A stretch of DNA of 64,000 nt from a virus. Lineage: Duplodnaviria > Caudoviricetes. The notes below the pieces were generated by a model that saw nothing but the letters and a program-made list of their open reading frames with translations, was not told where the DNA came from and did not search any database. The position numbers and the translations under genes were made by a program. Where the stretch lies: positions 1 to 64,000 of IMG/VR virus record IMGVR_UViG_3300027770_000038; one strand, written 5' to 3'. Positions 9,792 through 18,547 of the stretch are shown one piece after another (within the stretch, counting starts at the first letter, position 1; each line of letters opens with the position of its first letter).

Positions 9792-9829
9792 AAAAAACCC
9801 ACAGAGTTAAATCTGTGGGTTACTTGTTT
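9792..9829. terminator. intrinsic terminator between convergent genes
   Basis: AACCCACAGA-gttaaa-TCTGTGGGTT hairpin with an A-tract on one side and a T-rich tail on the other. Confidence 0.75.
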
Positions 9830-9839
9830 ATACTAATAA

Positions 9840-10136
9840 TTATTCAGCGATTGTGCTTGAATCATTGTCAGAAGCAGCATGCAAACGATCTGCTTGAGCA
9901 TTGATTACATCTGCGGCTGCTTGAATAGCCTCTTCAGTAGGATGTGGAGTGTTTAGTACCTTTACAGCTTCATCAGTGATTGAAGATAGTCGAGTAATGG
10001 CTTCTTGTAGGTTAGTTAGTGATGACATAATTTTGTTTATTTGTTGTTGCAACGATGCTTGATTTTCTAAGACTTCTTTAAATTGCCTATCCTCACAAGA
10101 GAAAAGGTTTATTAATTTCTGTAAAAAAAATCTCAT
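9840..10136 (-). CDS. hypothetical helical protein
   Basis: 98-aa Ala/Gln-rich ORF. Confidence 0.55.
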   Translation of the reverse strand: MRFFLQKLINLFSCEDRQFKEVLENQASLQQQINKIMSSLTNLQEAITRLSSITDEAVKVLNTPHPTEEAIQAAADVINAQADRLHAASDNDSSTIAE

Positions 10137-10192
10137 CGTTAATATATTATAACACTTATGAACTGAATTTTTGCGACAAATAAGAAACTTTT

Positions 10193-11218
10193 TTATTTAT
10201 ACTTGGAAATGACATCAAGTAGCGTCGTTACAAAAAGTCTTTTATCTAGCTTGCAAGCGTCTCCACTTGCTAGTCGCCCCTTCTCCACTACAGTGCTTGG
10301 ATTATTATAGGCGAAGCGCATGGTTTCTATCAAATGTTCTTCATCGTATTTTGACCATTTTGAGGCGGGAGCTTTCCAGTATCCCTCTGCTGGCACTTCT
10401 TTATAATTGACACAAAATGAATTCTCTTCTGTCATGAACTCAGATAATCCAGCATACTTAGCAGCAATCACTGGCCTCCCACAAGCCATGCTCTCATGTT
10501 GCATCAACCCCCAGCCTTCAGCGCTTACACAAGAAACAAAACAATCATTATCAGAATACCAGTCTTTCAATTGATTTCTCGTAAAAGAATCTTTGCAGAT
10601 TTCTATCTTACTGCCAGTAAATATTTTATCGTAACTTTCTTTGGGAGATATTTTGATTTTGAGTTTAACGTCTTTTTTATCTGAGAAAGCTTTATTGAAG
10701 CAGCTTACTACGTCTCCTAGTCTTTTGCGAGGGTCTTTATTCGCGGTTCCAAATACGAAGTGATCTTTAGCAACAGGTGGCTGATAATTAAATATTTCAG
10801 TATCGACGAAGAGATTAACGACATGAATAGGAACTTCGCATCCTTGAGCTTCAAAATTAGCCTTGTTCCACTTGTTTGGGACGATGATTGCTTTCATGTT
10901 ATTCATCTGCTCAATGAATATCTCGTTGATCCTTGTGCTTTCCCACATTGTCAGCATTACTCTATCTTTTCTAGGATTTAAAAAAAAGATAAAGTTTGAA
11001 AAATTTAATTCATTACAAGGCGGTAAAACTAATAAATCAAGATCTTCTTTAAAGACAGGGAGATTCTCAAAATACTTTTCAAACCTACCAGCATCATTAG
11101 AAAATGACCTTGGTTTTATTAAACAATTATACTTTGGAAGCTCTTCTAGTATACACTCTACCAAGGTATTATATCCTGATTCAAAATCAAAAAATGTAGA
11201 AACGCTTAACTTAGTCAT
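10193..11218 (-). CDS. GT4-family glycosyltransferase
   Basis: TMWESTRI, RKRL, EGWGL..HESMACGRPVI GT-B motif. Confidence 0.88.
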   Translation of the reverse strand: MTKLSVSTFFDFESGYNTLVECILEELPKYNCLIKPRSFSNDAGRFEKYFENLPVFKEDLDLLVLPPCNELNFSNFIFFLNPRKDRVMLTMWESTRINEIFIEQMNNMKAIIVPNKWNKANFEAQGCEVPIHVVNLFVDTEIFNYQPPVAKDHFVFGTANKDPRKRLGDVVSCFNKAFSDKKDVKLKIKISPKESYDKIFTGSKIEICKDSFTRNQLKDWYSDNDCFVSCVSAEGWGLMQHESMACGRPVIAAKYAGLSEFMTEENSFCVNYKEVPAEGYWKAPASKWSKYDEEHLIETMRFAYNNPSTVVEKGRLASGDACKLDKRLFVTTLLDVISKYK

Positions 11219-11820
11219 TTAATAAAATACCATGAAGCAAACCACTCATACCGAGTAGTTTGTAAATTATAATTGTTTTGAGCGCAAAACTCATTTACTG
11301 CTGGATTAACTCCAAATGCTGCTAATTTAATGCCTTCTGCGTTAAAAACATATTTATCTATTCCGTTTGAAGCAATATCAGGAATATCCTCCCAATTATT
11401 AAAATAATCATGCCCAGATACAATTCCTCCTGTCCTTACTTTCGGAAACCAATATTCTATATCCGCCTTGATAAAACTATATTTATGATTAGCGTCAATA
11501 TAAACAAAATCTAAAGACTCATTTTCAAAATCATTTGCGGCAAGTGAGGATTTTTTCTTTACTATTGTGTAGCGAGCTTGATATTCTGACAGGTTAGTGG
11601 CGCAATCACAAAGATTAGACATATGGTCTTCAGAGTTCGTTATGTCCTCATATTCTTGCGGGTCTTGCATTTCCCAAGGGTCCACCAAGTATAAATGGCC
11701 CAAATACTTAGAAAGTATTGTCTTGGCGTGTGCCCCTTTTCCAACTCCTACTTCTACACCTTTTCCTAAAGAGTTTTTTTCTTGGAACAGGGAGGATAGT
11801 TCTGATCTGTATTTTATCAT
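11215..11820 (-). CDS. class I SAM methyltransferase (Methyltransf_24-like)
   Basis: GVEVGVGKG, VDPW, DFVYIDANH.Y, GG.VSGHDY. Confidence 0.88.
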   Translation of the reverse strand: MIKYRSELSSLFQEKNSLGKGVEVGVGKGAHAKTILSKYLGHLYLVDPWEMQDPQEYEDITNSEDHMSNLCDCATNLSEYQARYTIVKKKSSLAANDFENESLDFVYIDANHKYSFIKADIEYWFPKVRTGGIVSGHDYFNNWEDIPDIASNGIDKYVFNAEGIKLAAFGVNPAVNEFCAQNNYNLQTTRYEWFASWYFIK

Positions 11821-11858
11821 ATTGTTAACTTATTTTACACATTGTAATATAATTAATT

Positions 11859-12479
11859 GTGAAAGTCTGCCTGACGACATTATATACTGATAATTTTAAA
11901 AGTTTTGCACCTTTAGCTATAAAATCTTTTGAAAAATTTTGTGAGTATAACAATTTTGAACTTCAAATCTATGATAAAGTGTTCGATCAATCAGTTCACC
12001 CTTCTTGGAATAAGCTACTCGCTGTGAAAGACTGTTTTTTGAAATATGATTATGTGCTTTGGAGCGATATAGATTCTCTGTTTTTAAATAATAAAAAATC
12101 TTTCTTAGACATAGCGAATATAAACGAAGAGAGTCCTTTCTTGTGTAGCTCAGACTGGAATGGAATTTGTATGAGTCACTTTTATATCAAAAATAATGAA
12201 TACAATAATAAATTACTGGATACTCTTTCGTTCCTAAAAGACGTTAAGGACAATGATTTTTTTGATAAAGGTTATGGCATGAAGTGGGAGCAGAACTGTT
12301 TGAAAGCTCTGCTGTATCATTTTAACTTAAATGTATCTACATTTCCTGACAATACCATCCTTGATTGTCGTGTCGAAAATATTGAAAAAAATACTTTCTT
12401 TTACCACTATTGTGTATTGAATAATCTAGAAAGAAAATCTTTAATGAAGGACCTCTATGAAAGGCTATTCATCCAATAA
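11859..12479 (+). CDS. GT34 (GMA12/MNN10-like) glycosyltransferase
   Basis: PSWNKL, YDYVLWSDID (DxD), WEQ motifs. Confidence 0.75.
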   Translation: MKVCLTTLYTDNFKSFAPLAIKSFEKFCEYNNFELQIYDKVFDQSVHPSWNKLLAVKDCFLKYDYVLWSDIDSLFLNNKKSFLDIANINEESPFLCSSDWNGICMSHFYIKNNEYNNKLLDTLSFLKDVKDNDFFDKGYGMKWEQNCLKALLYHFNLNVSTFPDNTILDCRVENIEKNTFFYHYCVLNNLERKSLMKDLYERLFIQ

Positions 12480-13253
12480 ACCTTTAATGTTTTTGCACAT
12501 CCTAGAAAACAGCGAATTTTGAGACAGAAGAGACTGTCTTGATATTATTTTTAAGATATGGTAAACCTTAGATTCAGCCATGTGCTTGCTATAAATTCCG
12601 CTATCTCCTCCTTCTCTGTCTTCATAATAAAAGTCTAAGTTCCAATCGTACTTGTGAAAAGCCTCTAATGGTTCTATATGTATTAGACTTGGGTTCTCTT
12701 TAGCAAGTTCAAAAGGCTTTCGCACTGACATTTTGTTCCAGTCGTAGTCATCATAGTCAGATAGATAAGATTCAAACCATAGGTCGAGGAATTTTGAATC
12801 CCTTTTGCTGATTATTAAAGCGTTACAAAGACCGTTTATCTGCCACTGATTAGAATCTATATGGAATAGAGCTTCTGTTCCTAATACAAAATCTTTATCT
12901 AAAGTAGGAAAAAATGGTTTATAGAAAAGCGTGTCTACGTCAGCATAGACTCCACCATATTCTTTCAACACTAGTAATCTAAAGATATCGGATTGATGTT
13001 CTACTCTCCATACTTTCTTTTTATTGCAATAGTAAACAATATCTGGGAGAGAATCATATTTAATCAATTCAACAAACTGTTTCGCCTTTTCCCACCATTG
13101 ATTATCTTTAGGCTCATAAAGATAATGCATATATATCTTAGGGTTTCCTTGCGTTAAATAACAACTTTTAATAGACAAATAATGAAAATACTCAAAAGGT
13201 TTTTTATTAAAATCTTCTGATAATCCAAATATAAAATGATAGATTTTATTCAT
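12465..13253 (-). CDS. GT32-like DxD glycosyltransferase
   Basis: KIYHFIFG, HQSDIFRL..L.EYGGVYADVD, LCNALI. Confidence 0.85.
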   Translation of the reverse strand: MNKIYHFIFGLSEDFNKKPFEYFHYLSIKSCYLTQGNPKIYMHYLYEPKDNQWWEKAKQFVELIKYDSLPDIVYYCNKKKVWRVEHQSDIFRLLVLKEYGGVYADVDTLFYKPFFPTLDKDFVLGTEALFHIDSNQWQINGLCNALIISKRDSKFLDLWFESYLSDYDDYDWNKMSVRKPFELAKENPSLIHIEPLEAFHKYDWNLDFYYEDREGGDSGIYSKHMAESKVYHILKIISRQSLLSQNSLFSRMCKNIKGLLDE

Positions 13254-14529
13254 TTTTTGTTAGCGACTTAAATAATATATCTGCTGGATTGTTTATCGAT
13301 ATTTGATCTGCAAGAGGAGGCATCATAACATAGTATTTTAATTTTGGGAGACTTCTCTTTTTTATTTGTATGTCAATATGAGACCAAGCTAGGCTATTTG
13401 TTTCTATAAGAATTGGTAAAGCAGATTTTTTTATCATGTAAGCGTGTGTACACATTGGAGGTTCTGTTGTTTGTATAATATTTTCGCTCACATGGAACCT
13501 TCCTTCTTCTGAGCATAGACAGCAGTGACCTATAAATGCATACTGCCAGTCTTCTGGGAGTTGAGATTTGTAATGAATTAGTTTCTCTTTGAAGTCATCA
13601 CATAGGACTACATCATCTTCTAATATTAGATACTCATTATAAGGCAAATAAGAAAGAACCTTCCATAGCATATAATGAGATAATATGCATCCAACGTGTC
13701 CTTGGCTTATAAAATGAGGAGTTCCATCGTCTGGACTCCAATTAGGCGCATCGTCTGTGTATGGTATTTTCGTAGAAAGGCCAAATTTTTTACCATGAAT
13801 GCCTTCAAAAAAATCTACTTCTAAATTGTGGTTTTTAAAATGAGATTCTGCATATTCTTTCCTTTTTGGCGTTTCTTTGAGAGTTAAACAAAAGGTTTTG
13901 GGAATAGTTACTTTGCCAAGTTTTTTATATAAAGCGCAAAAATTATTTTGATCATCGGAATTTGCTTTGTCAATAAGAATACAATTATATTCTCTTTCCA
14001 TTATTTTTTTCGCCCTTTGCGTCTGAAACCATGCAGCATCATCAAGCCATATATATCCTCCATTTTTTACTTTTGAAACATAAAGCTCTACGTCAGAACA
14101 TGAAGACTGTTCTTCATGATTACCATCTATATGAAGAATATCTATTTCAAAGTCTATTTTTTTAGCGAATTGATCTGATCTTTCTCTGCAAAGAGTTACA
14201 AATGAATGCAAGTTATTTTCTTCAATAAACTTAACGCATCCATTAAAGATAAAATCGTAGTTTAGTTCAGACCACCATTTTATAGCACTTGCATCTTTTA
14301 GATTTTCAATACTGGCTTCTTTGCACCAAGGATCGACTCCATAAATTTTTCCGAATCCATTTTGCTGTAAGGCTAATCCTTGAGAAAACAAAGACTTGCC
14401 TCCAAATACTCCAATCTCGACAATAACTTTGGGTTTATTTTCTATGACTAATTGGTACAGCTTGTTGGCTTTGTCAAAACTGCACCATCCCTCCAAAGAG
14501 GCGATCTTTGAAAAATTTAATCCTTTCAC
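13246..14529 (-). CDS. methyltransferase-GT25 glycosyltransferase fusion
   Basis: N-half VEIGVFGGKS / LHIDGNH / GGYIWLDD; C-half GHVGCILSHYMLW, LILEDDV, CTHAYMI, HID. Confidence 0.85.
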   Translation of the reverse strand: MKGLNFSKIASLEGWCSFDKANKLYQLVIENKPKVIVEIGVFGGKSLFSQGLALQQNGFGKIYGVDPWCKEASIENLKDASAIKWWSELNYDFIFNGCVKFIEENNLHSFVTLCRERSDQFAKKIDFEIDILHIDGNHEEQSSCSDVELYVSKVKNGGYIWLDDAAWFQTQRAKKIMEREYNCILIDKANSDDQNNFCALYKKLGKVTIPKTFCLTLKETPKRKEYAESHFKNHNLEVDFFEGIHGKKFGLSTKIPYTDDAPNWSPDDGTPHFISQGHVGCILSHYMLWKVLSYLPYNEYLILEDDVVLCDDFKEKLIHYKSQLPEDWQYAFIGHCCLCSEEGRFHVSENIIQTTEPPMCTHAYMIKKSALPILIETNSLAWSHIDIQIKKRSLPKLKYYVMMPPLADQISINNPADILFKSLTKNE

Positions 14530-14538
14530 AACAATATA

Positions 14539-15519
14539 TTATATCTCTTCTATAGCCTGTCCATCAAAATCAATATAATTTATATCTGCTACTGATTTAA
14601 AAGAACCGTGCTGAGAGTACAAAAATTTTTCTTTGATTAAATCAAAATTACTGTCAATAGTTTTAAAGTTTTTGTCAATGTAAAGACTCTTGTATTCGAT
14701 ATCGTTCATTAACTTCCCCATGAGAGCGTTAACTTTATTATTCTTTTCAGGATTTGATTTCCATAGTCTCTTAGGATAATATTCGTCTACTTCATTTTCA
14801 CCAGTGAAATGCATGAATTGATCTTCTATTATTAAACAATTTTTATTGTAATAGATTAAATCTCTATAGCCAGCTAATTCTAATCTAACTCCTAAATTAC
14901 AATCTTCTGCACCTCTTCTGGCAAAAAATTCATCGTAACCATTTATCTTTTCAAGATATTCAAATGGGAAACTAACATTTTGACCAAAGACCCATCCTCC
15001 TCCTACCTTTATGTTTTCTTCAGTTGGCTGATGCAAGCCTCTTGTGTCACAATCTTTTCTAGCGTAGCTTTCGATTCTATTATTGTTTACTACTATGTTG
15101 GAGACTTTATCATAAGCTCCACATAGTATTATTTTATTTTCTGCTGCTTTCCTGTGGTGATTTATCCATCCTTCTGTCAATGCGCTTAAGTCATCAACAA
15201 AAACGACATGTTCATTTTCGCTTACTATTAAACCAGTATTTCTTGTAGCAGAAGCGTCAAAAAAATTAGTTTTTGTTTTTCTGTGAATGCCTCTCCATAT
15301 AGAAGGCTTGGGCGCAATATGTAAGTATTGAAATCTATTATTTACTATCTTTCTTAATTTTTCTTCTCTGTCTTCTTGATAATGGATAAAAGAATCAATA
15401 AAAATAATCTGATCTGTCACTATATTATTTTCATATTGAGAGATAAGTGTTTCGACGAACCATTGGAACATTGGTTGCCTTCTGCAAGTGACGTATATTA
15501 TTGAAAGTTTTTTGTTCAT
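14539..15519 (-). CDS. GT2-family glycosyltransferase
   Basis: LSIIYVT, ATRNTGL, VVFVDDL, INGYDE.F...GAED. Confidence 0.82.
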   Translation of the reverse strand: MNKKLSIIYVTCRRQPMFQWFVETLISQYENNIVTDQIIFIDSFIHYQEDREEKLRKIVNNRFQYLHIAPKPSIWRGIHRKTKTNFFDASATRNTGLIVSENEHVVFVDDLSALTEGWINHHRKAAENKIILCGAYDKVSNIVVNNNRIESYARKDCDTRGLHQPTEENIKVGGGWVFGQNVSFPFEYLEKINGYDEFFARRGAEDCNLGVRLELAGYRDLIYYNKNCLIIEDQFMHFTGENEVDEYYPKRLWKSNPEKNNKVNALMGKLMNDIEYKSLYIDKNFKTIDSNFDLIKEKFLYSQHGSFKSVADINYIDFDGQAIEEI

Positions 15520-16115
15520 ATTAATTTATGTTTATGTAAATTATCTTCCGAATCTCTATCGTGAACAGTATGCAATTCTATAAAAACATCTTTCCATTGG
15601 TTCTGATGTAAAAGCACATTTAAACATGTATCATAAGGATGAGGAAAGCGTTCCATGCCATATTTTTTCCAACATTTATTAGGTATAAAATAAAAAGCCA
15701 TATTAGGTGCATTTTTATAAATACTACCATTTAATTGATGTTTGTTAGGATATACAATACAATTTTGGTCTTTTATTTTTTTTATTTCAGAATCCCATCC
15801 ATTCCCAATTAAATATGCATCATCATTCGCAAAGAAGACCCATTCTGCGTTCGTCTCTTCTGCCATTTGATTAAGGAATGTTTCAATTGAAGTATAGCCA
15901 TTAAGCCTTGGAGCTATTTTTATATTAACATTTGGATATTTTTCAAAATCTTTAATTCTAGCAATTGATTCACTATCATCATCATCAAATTTTATATAAA
16001 ATTCAATTTCGCTTGGATTGTCAGATGTCCCATAAACGCTTTGCATTAATTTTAATAGAAGATCAGGTCGTTTCCTAGAGCATAAGATAAAACTAATAAA
16101 AATTTTATTATTCAT
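15516..16115 (-). CDS. GT2-family glycosyltransferase
   Basis: ISFILCSRKRP, FDDDD, FFANDDA; start set to MNNKIF. Confidence 0.78.
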   Translation of the reverse strand: MNNKIFISFILCSRKRPDLLLKLMQSVYGTSDNPSEIEFYIKFDDDDSESIARIKDFEKYPNVNIKIAPRLNGYTSIETFLNQMAEETNAEWVFFANDDAYLIGNGWDSEIKKIKDQNCIVYPNKHQLNGSIYKNAPNMAFYFIPNKCWKKYGMERFPHPYDTCLNVLLHQNQWKDVFIELHTVHDRDSEDNLHKHKLI

Positions 16116-17530
16116 TTTAATGTTATTACACATGACTTTTCATCATTAAGCCCTAAACTAACAATAAACTGGTTTTCGTTTTCAATGGCACCGCATGGGA
16201 ATACTACTAATGGACTATTGTCTTTTAACATTCGTTCGTCTGCTTCGTTACCGTACAGAATTGGTTTTTCAGAAATCTCGGTTATTTTAAAAGGTGGTTT
16301 ATCTTCAAATTTGTAATACCCCATGAAGTACCTTCTTTTTGCGCCTTTCCAAGGTAAGCTGCTGTGAAAGAAGCCGTGATAATGTCCGTCCTTTAAAAGA
16401 GGATTACTCCCCATGCGACATTCGCCAAATTTCCATAGTTTGCTTATATCTTGAAAGTGCTTGTATTCTGCGACGACTTGTCCTTTTATGTGATCTATTT
16501 CCAGAACTACATGAGGGTTCATTCTGTATTCTAGCATTAGTTTATCATCATAGATAAACCATGTCCAGTTTTTTTGATGATTTGTATTGCTCGTTATAAG
16601 AGATCCATTGCCATCATAATTAATATGCAGATTATCTATATGATTAAAATACTCATCAAATACTAAAACTTTTTGATGAATGCACCCTCCCCTATCTTTA
16701 ACATAATTGGCACATCCTATATAGTATTTATTTTTAAAAAATATGACTCTAGGGTCTTCGTATTGCTCGTTCTGGAGTTCATCTTTTATTTTTAAAGGAA
16801 TTTCTTGTCTAATTTCAAAATTTGAATCTAATTGATATAGTTTAAGAGTATTATTGAATTCAAGAGGCTTATCATTAGTAATTTTTGCATGCCTCGCCAT
16901 TAAATAATGATTTTCGTTTCTTGAGAATATGCAGGGATTGAAGAAGAAATTTTCTTTATCATAAGGAAGATTTAGTATTTTTACATCTTGCCCTTGGTTA
17001 AAGATGCTCCTGTTTAAATATGCTTCTGCTGATACGCCTTCATTTTTTGAATCTACTCCAAAGGTCCATAAATCCACTTCTGGGCATTGGTCTACTATAA
17101 TAGGTTTATTGATTCCGAATTCAATTAGAGTCTGTTTATTGTATTCGCTAGAAACACTTACTACATTTACTAAACTATTATTAATCTTTGCGACAAGTTC
17201 ATCTGGGACAGTGTCAAGATTATCATAAGTTCTTCCTACAATTATCCTGTTTTCTGTTTTTACTTTGAATTGATCAATTATGTGATCCCAATTTTGTGGA
17301 TCTGCATCTATTATTACTTCTGAATAAGATAACAATCTTTGCTTATGCTGAGAAAGAAGTTTGTTAAACTTGTTGTCTGCATCTATAGAGTTATCTATTT
17401 TATAAGTCTTCCACAGGATATTGACTTTGTCATTTATTAACTTATAGATGTGTCTCTTGGCGTACATCGCCAAATCAGAATCTCCTGATGGACTGATATA
17501 CAAAACATTTTTATAATTAATTGACTCCAC
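16112..17530 (-). CDS. GT4-like N-terminal domain fused to a GH130-like beta-propeller
   Basis: C-part FFNPCI, YEDPRV, QKNWTWF, VVFPCG; N-part resembles the N-termini of GT4 proteins (V.VSSEYNK...E.G..KPI.V). Confidence 0.65.
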   Translation of the reverse strand: MESINYKNVLYISPSGDSDLAMYAKRHIYKLINDKVNILWKTYKIDNSIDADNKFNKLLSQHKQRLLSYSEVIIDADPQNWDHIIDQFKVKTENRIIVGRTYDNLDTVPDELVAKINNSLVNVVSVSSEYNKQTLIEFGINKPIIVDQCPEVDLWTFGVDSKNEGVSAEAYLNRSIFNQGQDVKILNLPYDKENFFFNPCIFSRNENHYLMARHAKITNDKPLEFNNTLKLYQLDSNFEIRQEIPLKIKDELQNEQYEDPRVIFFKNKYYIGCANYVKDRGGCIHQKVLVFDEYFNHIDNLHINYDGNGSLITSNTNHQKNWTWFIYDDKLMLEYRMNPHVVLEIDHIKGQVVAEYKHFQDISKLWKFGECRMGSNPLLKDGHYHGFFHSSLPWKGAKRRYFMGYYKFEDKPPFKITEISEKPILYGNEADERMLKDNSPLVVFPCGAIENENQFIVSLGLNDEKSCVITLK

Positions 17531-17552
17531 GAATTATTATACATTAAAAAAC

Positions 17553-17592
17553 AAAAAAGGTAGCAGGATTTTAGCCCCGCTACCCTTTATTT
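17553..17592 (-). terminator. putative intrinsic terminator downstream of rIIB
   Basis: imperfect GGTAGC..GCTACC hairpin next to an A-tract (T-tract on minus). Confidence 0.5.
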
Positions 17593-17655
17593 ACTTTAAC
17601 TTATTTTTTTCTCTAAGATATCCTATATATACCAAAATGATAAATAAAGTAATCA

Positions 17656-18540
17656 TCATTGGGCTTTTACTTTACCTTTAAAGCGTCCTAATTCATCTCT
17701 TACATTATGGAAAGAGACAAGCACCGAATGGCTTTCAGCTTCCTCTTCCTCTTCTGCGGGGCACTCGTCGCAATGGCAAGGCTCAGTGTAGCTATCGAAC
17801 TCTTCTTTTTTGCTATACTCTTCAGTATAATGATCAGGAAGCTTCTGAGCGTACTCGGCTACTACTTTGTACTTGCAGGTACGAAGCTTCTGACAATCAG
17901 AGTCCTTTGGAACACTAACTACATCAGAAGGGTCAATTTCAACAATTAGAAGACGACTTGCGCCGCCTCCAAAAGATCTAGCATATTCCAGAGATCCAGC
18001 ATGAAAGCCAGAAGAGCAACCGACATCAGCATCATCACAAACAGAATTGCGGACCATCTCAAGAGTATTACCAACACCGTTATCAAAAGTATCAGTATGG
18101 TGATCTCTCCAATTAGAATTGACTGACTTATAAGCCAAGAAGTTACCATTGGGAGTGATAGGCATAGCCTTATGCTCAAGGAATGAATAAAGTTCATTCA
18201 CTGCCCTCTTAGAAGGGTTCTTCATAAGCTTATCCAAAAAGGCGACTACAGGTTCAAAAGGCAAGCCCTCCTTCATAAAAGAAAAGATCTTATCGCAGAC
18301 ATAGTTATGAACTGGTTGCCCAGCATACTTAATAGAACCATTCTTAATCTCAATGTTACCATGAGAATACTTGTTGATAGCTTTAGGGATATCGACAAGA
18401 GCGGGGATCTTGTCGAACTGTCTGTCCATTATAGCTTGTTTGATGGCGGCATAGTTAGGATGCCCATCGTTCAAGGTATGGCTAATCCCGTCGAAAACGA
18501 CGGTAATAGAATTGTTAGTGATAATGTATGGGATGTTCAT
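17656..18540 (-). CDS. rIIB-like protein
   Basis: NPS.RAV.ELY.FL, PITPNGNFLAYK.V, CSSGFHAG, PSDVVSVP.D....KLR.C.Y.V; directly follows the rIIA-like gene. Confidence 0.85.
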   Translation of the reverse strand: MNIPYIITNNSITVVFDGISHTLNDGHPNYAAIKQAIMDRQFDKIPALVDIPKAINKYSHGNIEIKNGSIKYAGQPVHNYVCDKIFSFMKEGLPFEPVVAFLDKLMKNPSKRAVNELYSFLEHKAMPITPNGNFLAYKSVNSNWRDHHTDTFDNGVGNTLEMVRNSVCDDADVGCSSGFHAGSLEYARSFGGGASRLLIVEIDPSDVVSVPKDSDCQKLRTCKYKVVAEYAQKLPDHYTEEYSKKEEFDSYTEPCHCDECPAEEEEEAESHSVLVSFHNVRDELGRFKGKVKAQ

Positions 18541-18547
18541 TTTATTG

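Noticed and set aside
10193-17530. Host chromosomal LPS/capsule locus or prophage boundary
   Set aside because: Genes are interleaved with phage genes (rIIA/B, HNH), share the phage upstream motif, and lack transport/polymerase genes; no integrase or att site seen.
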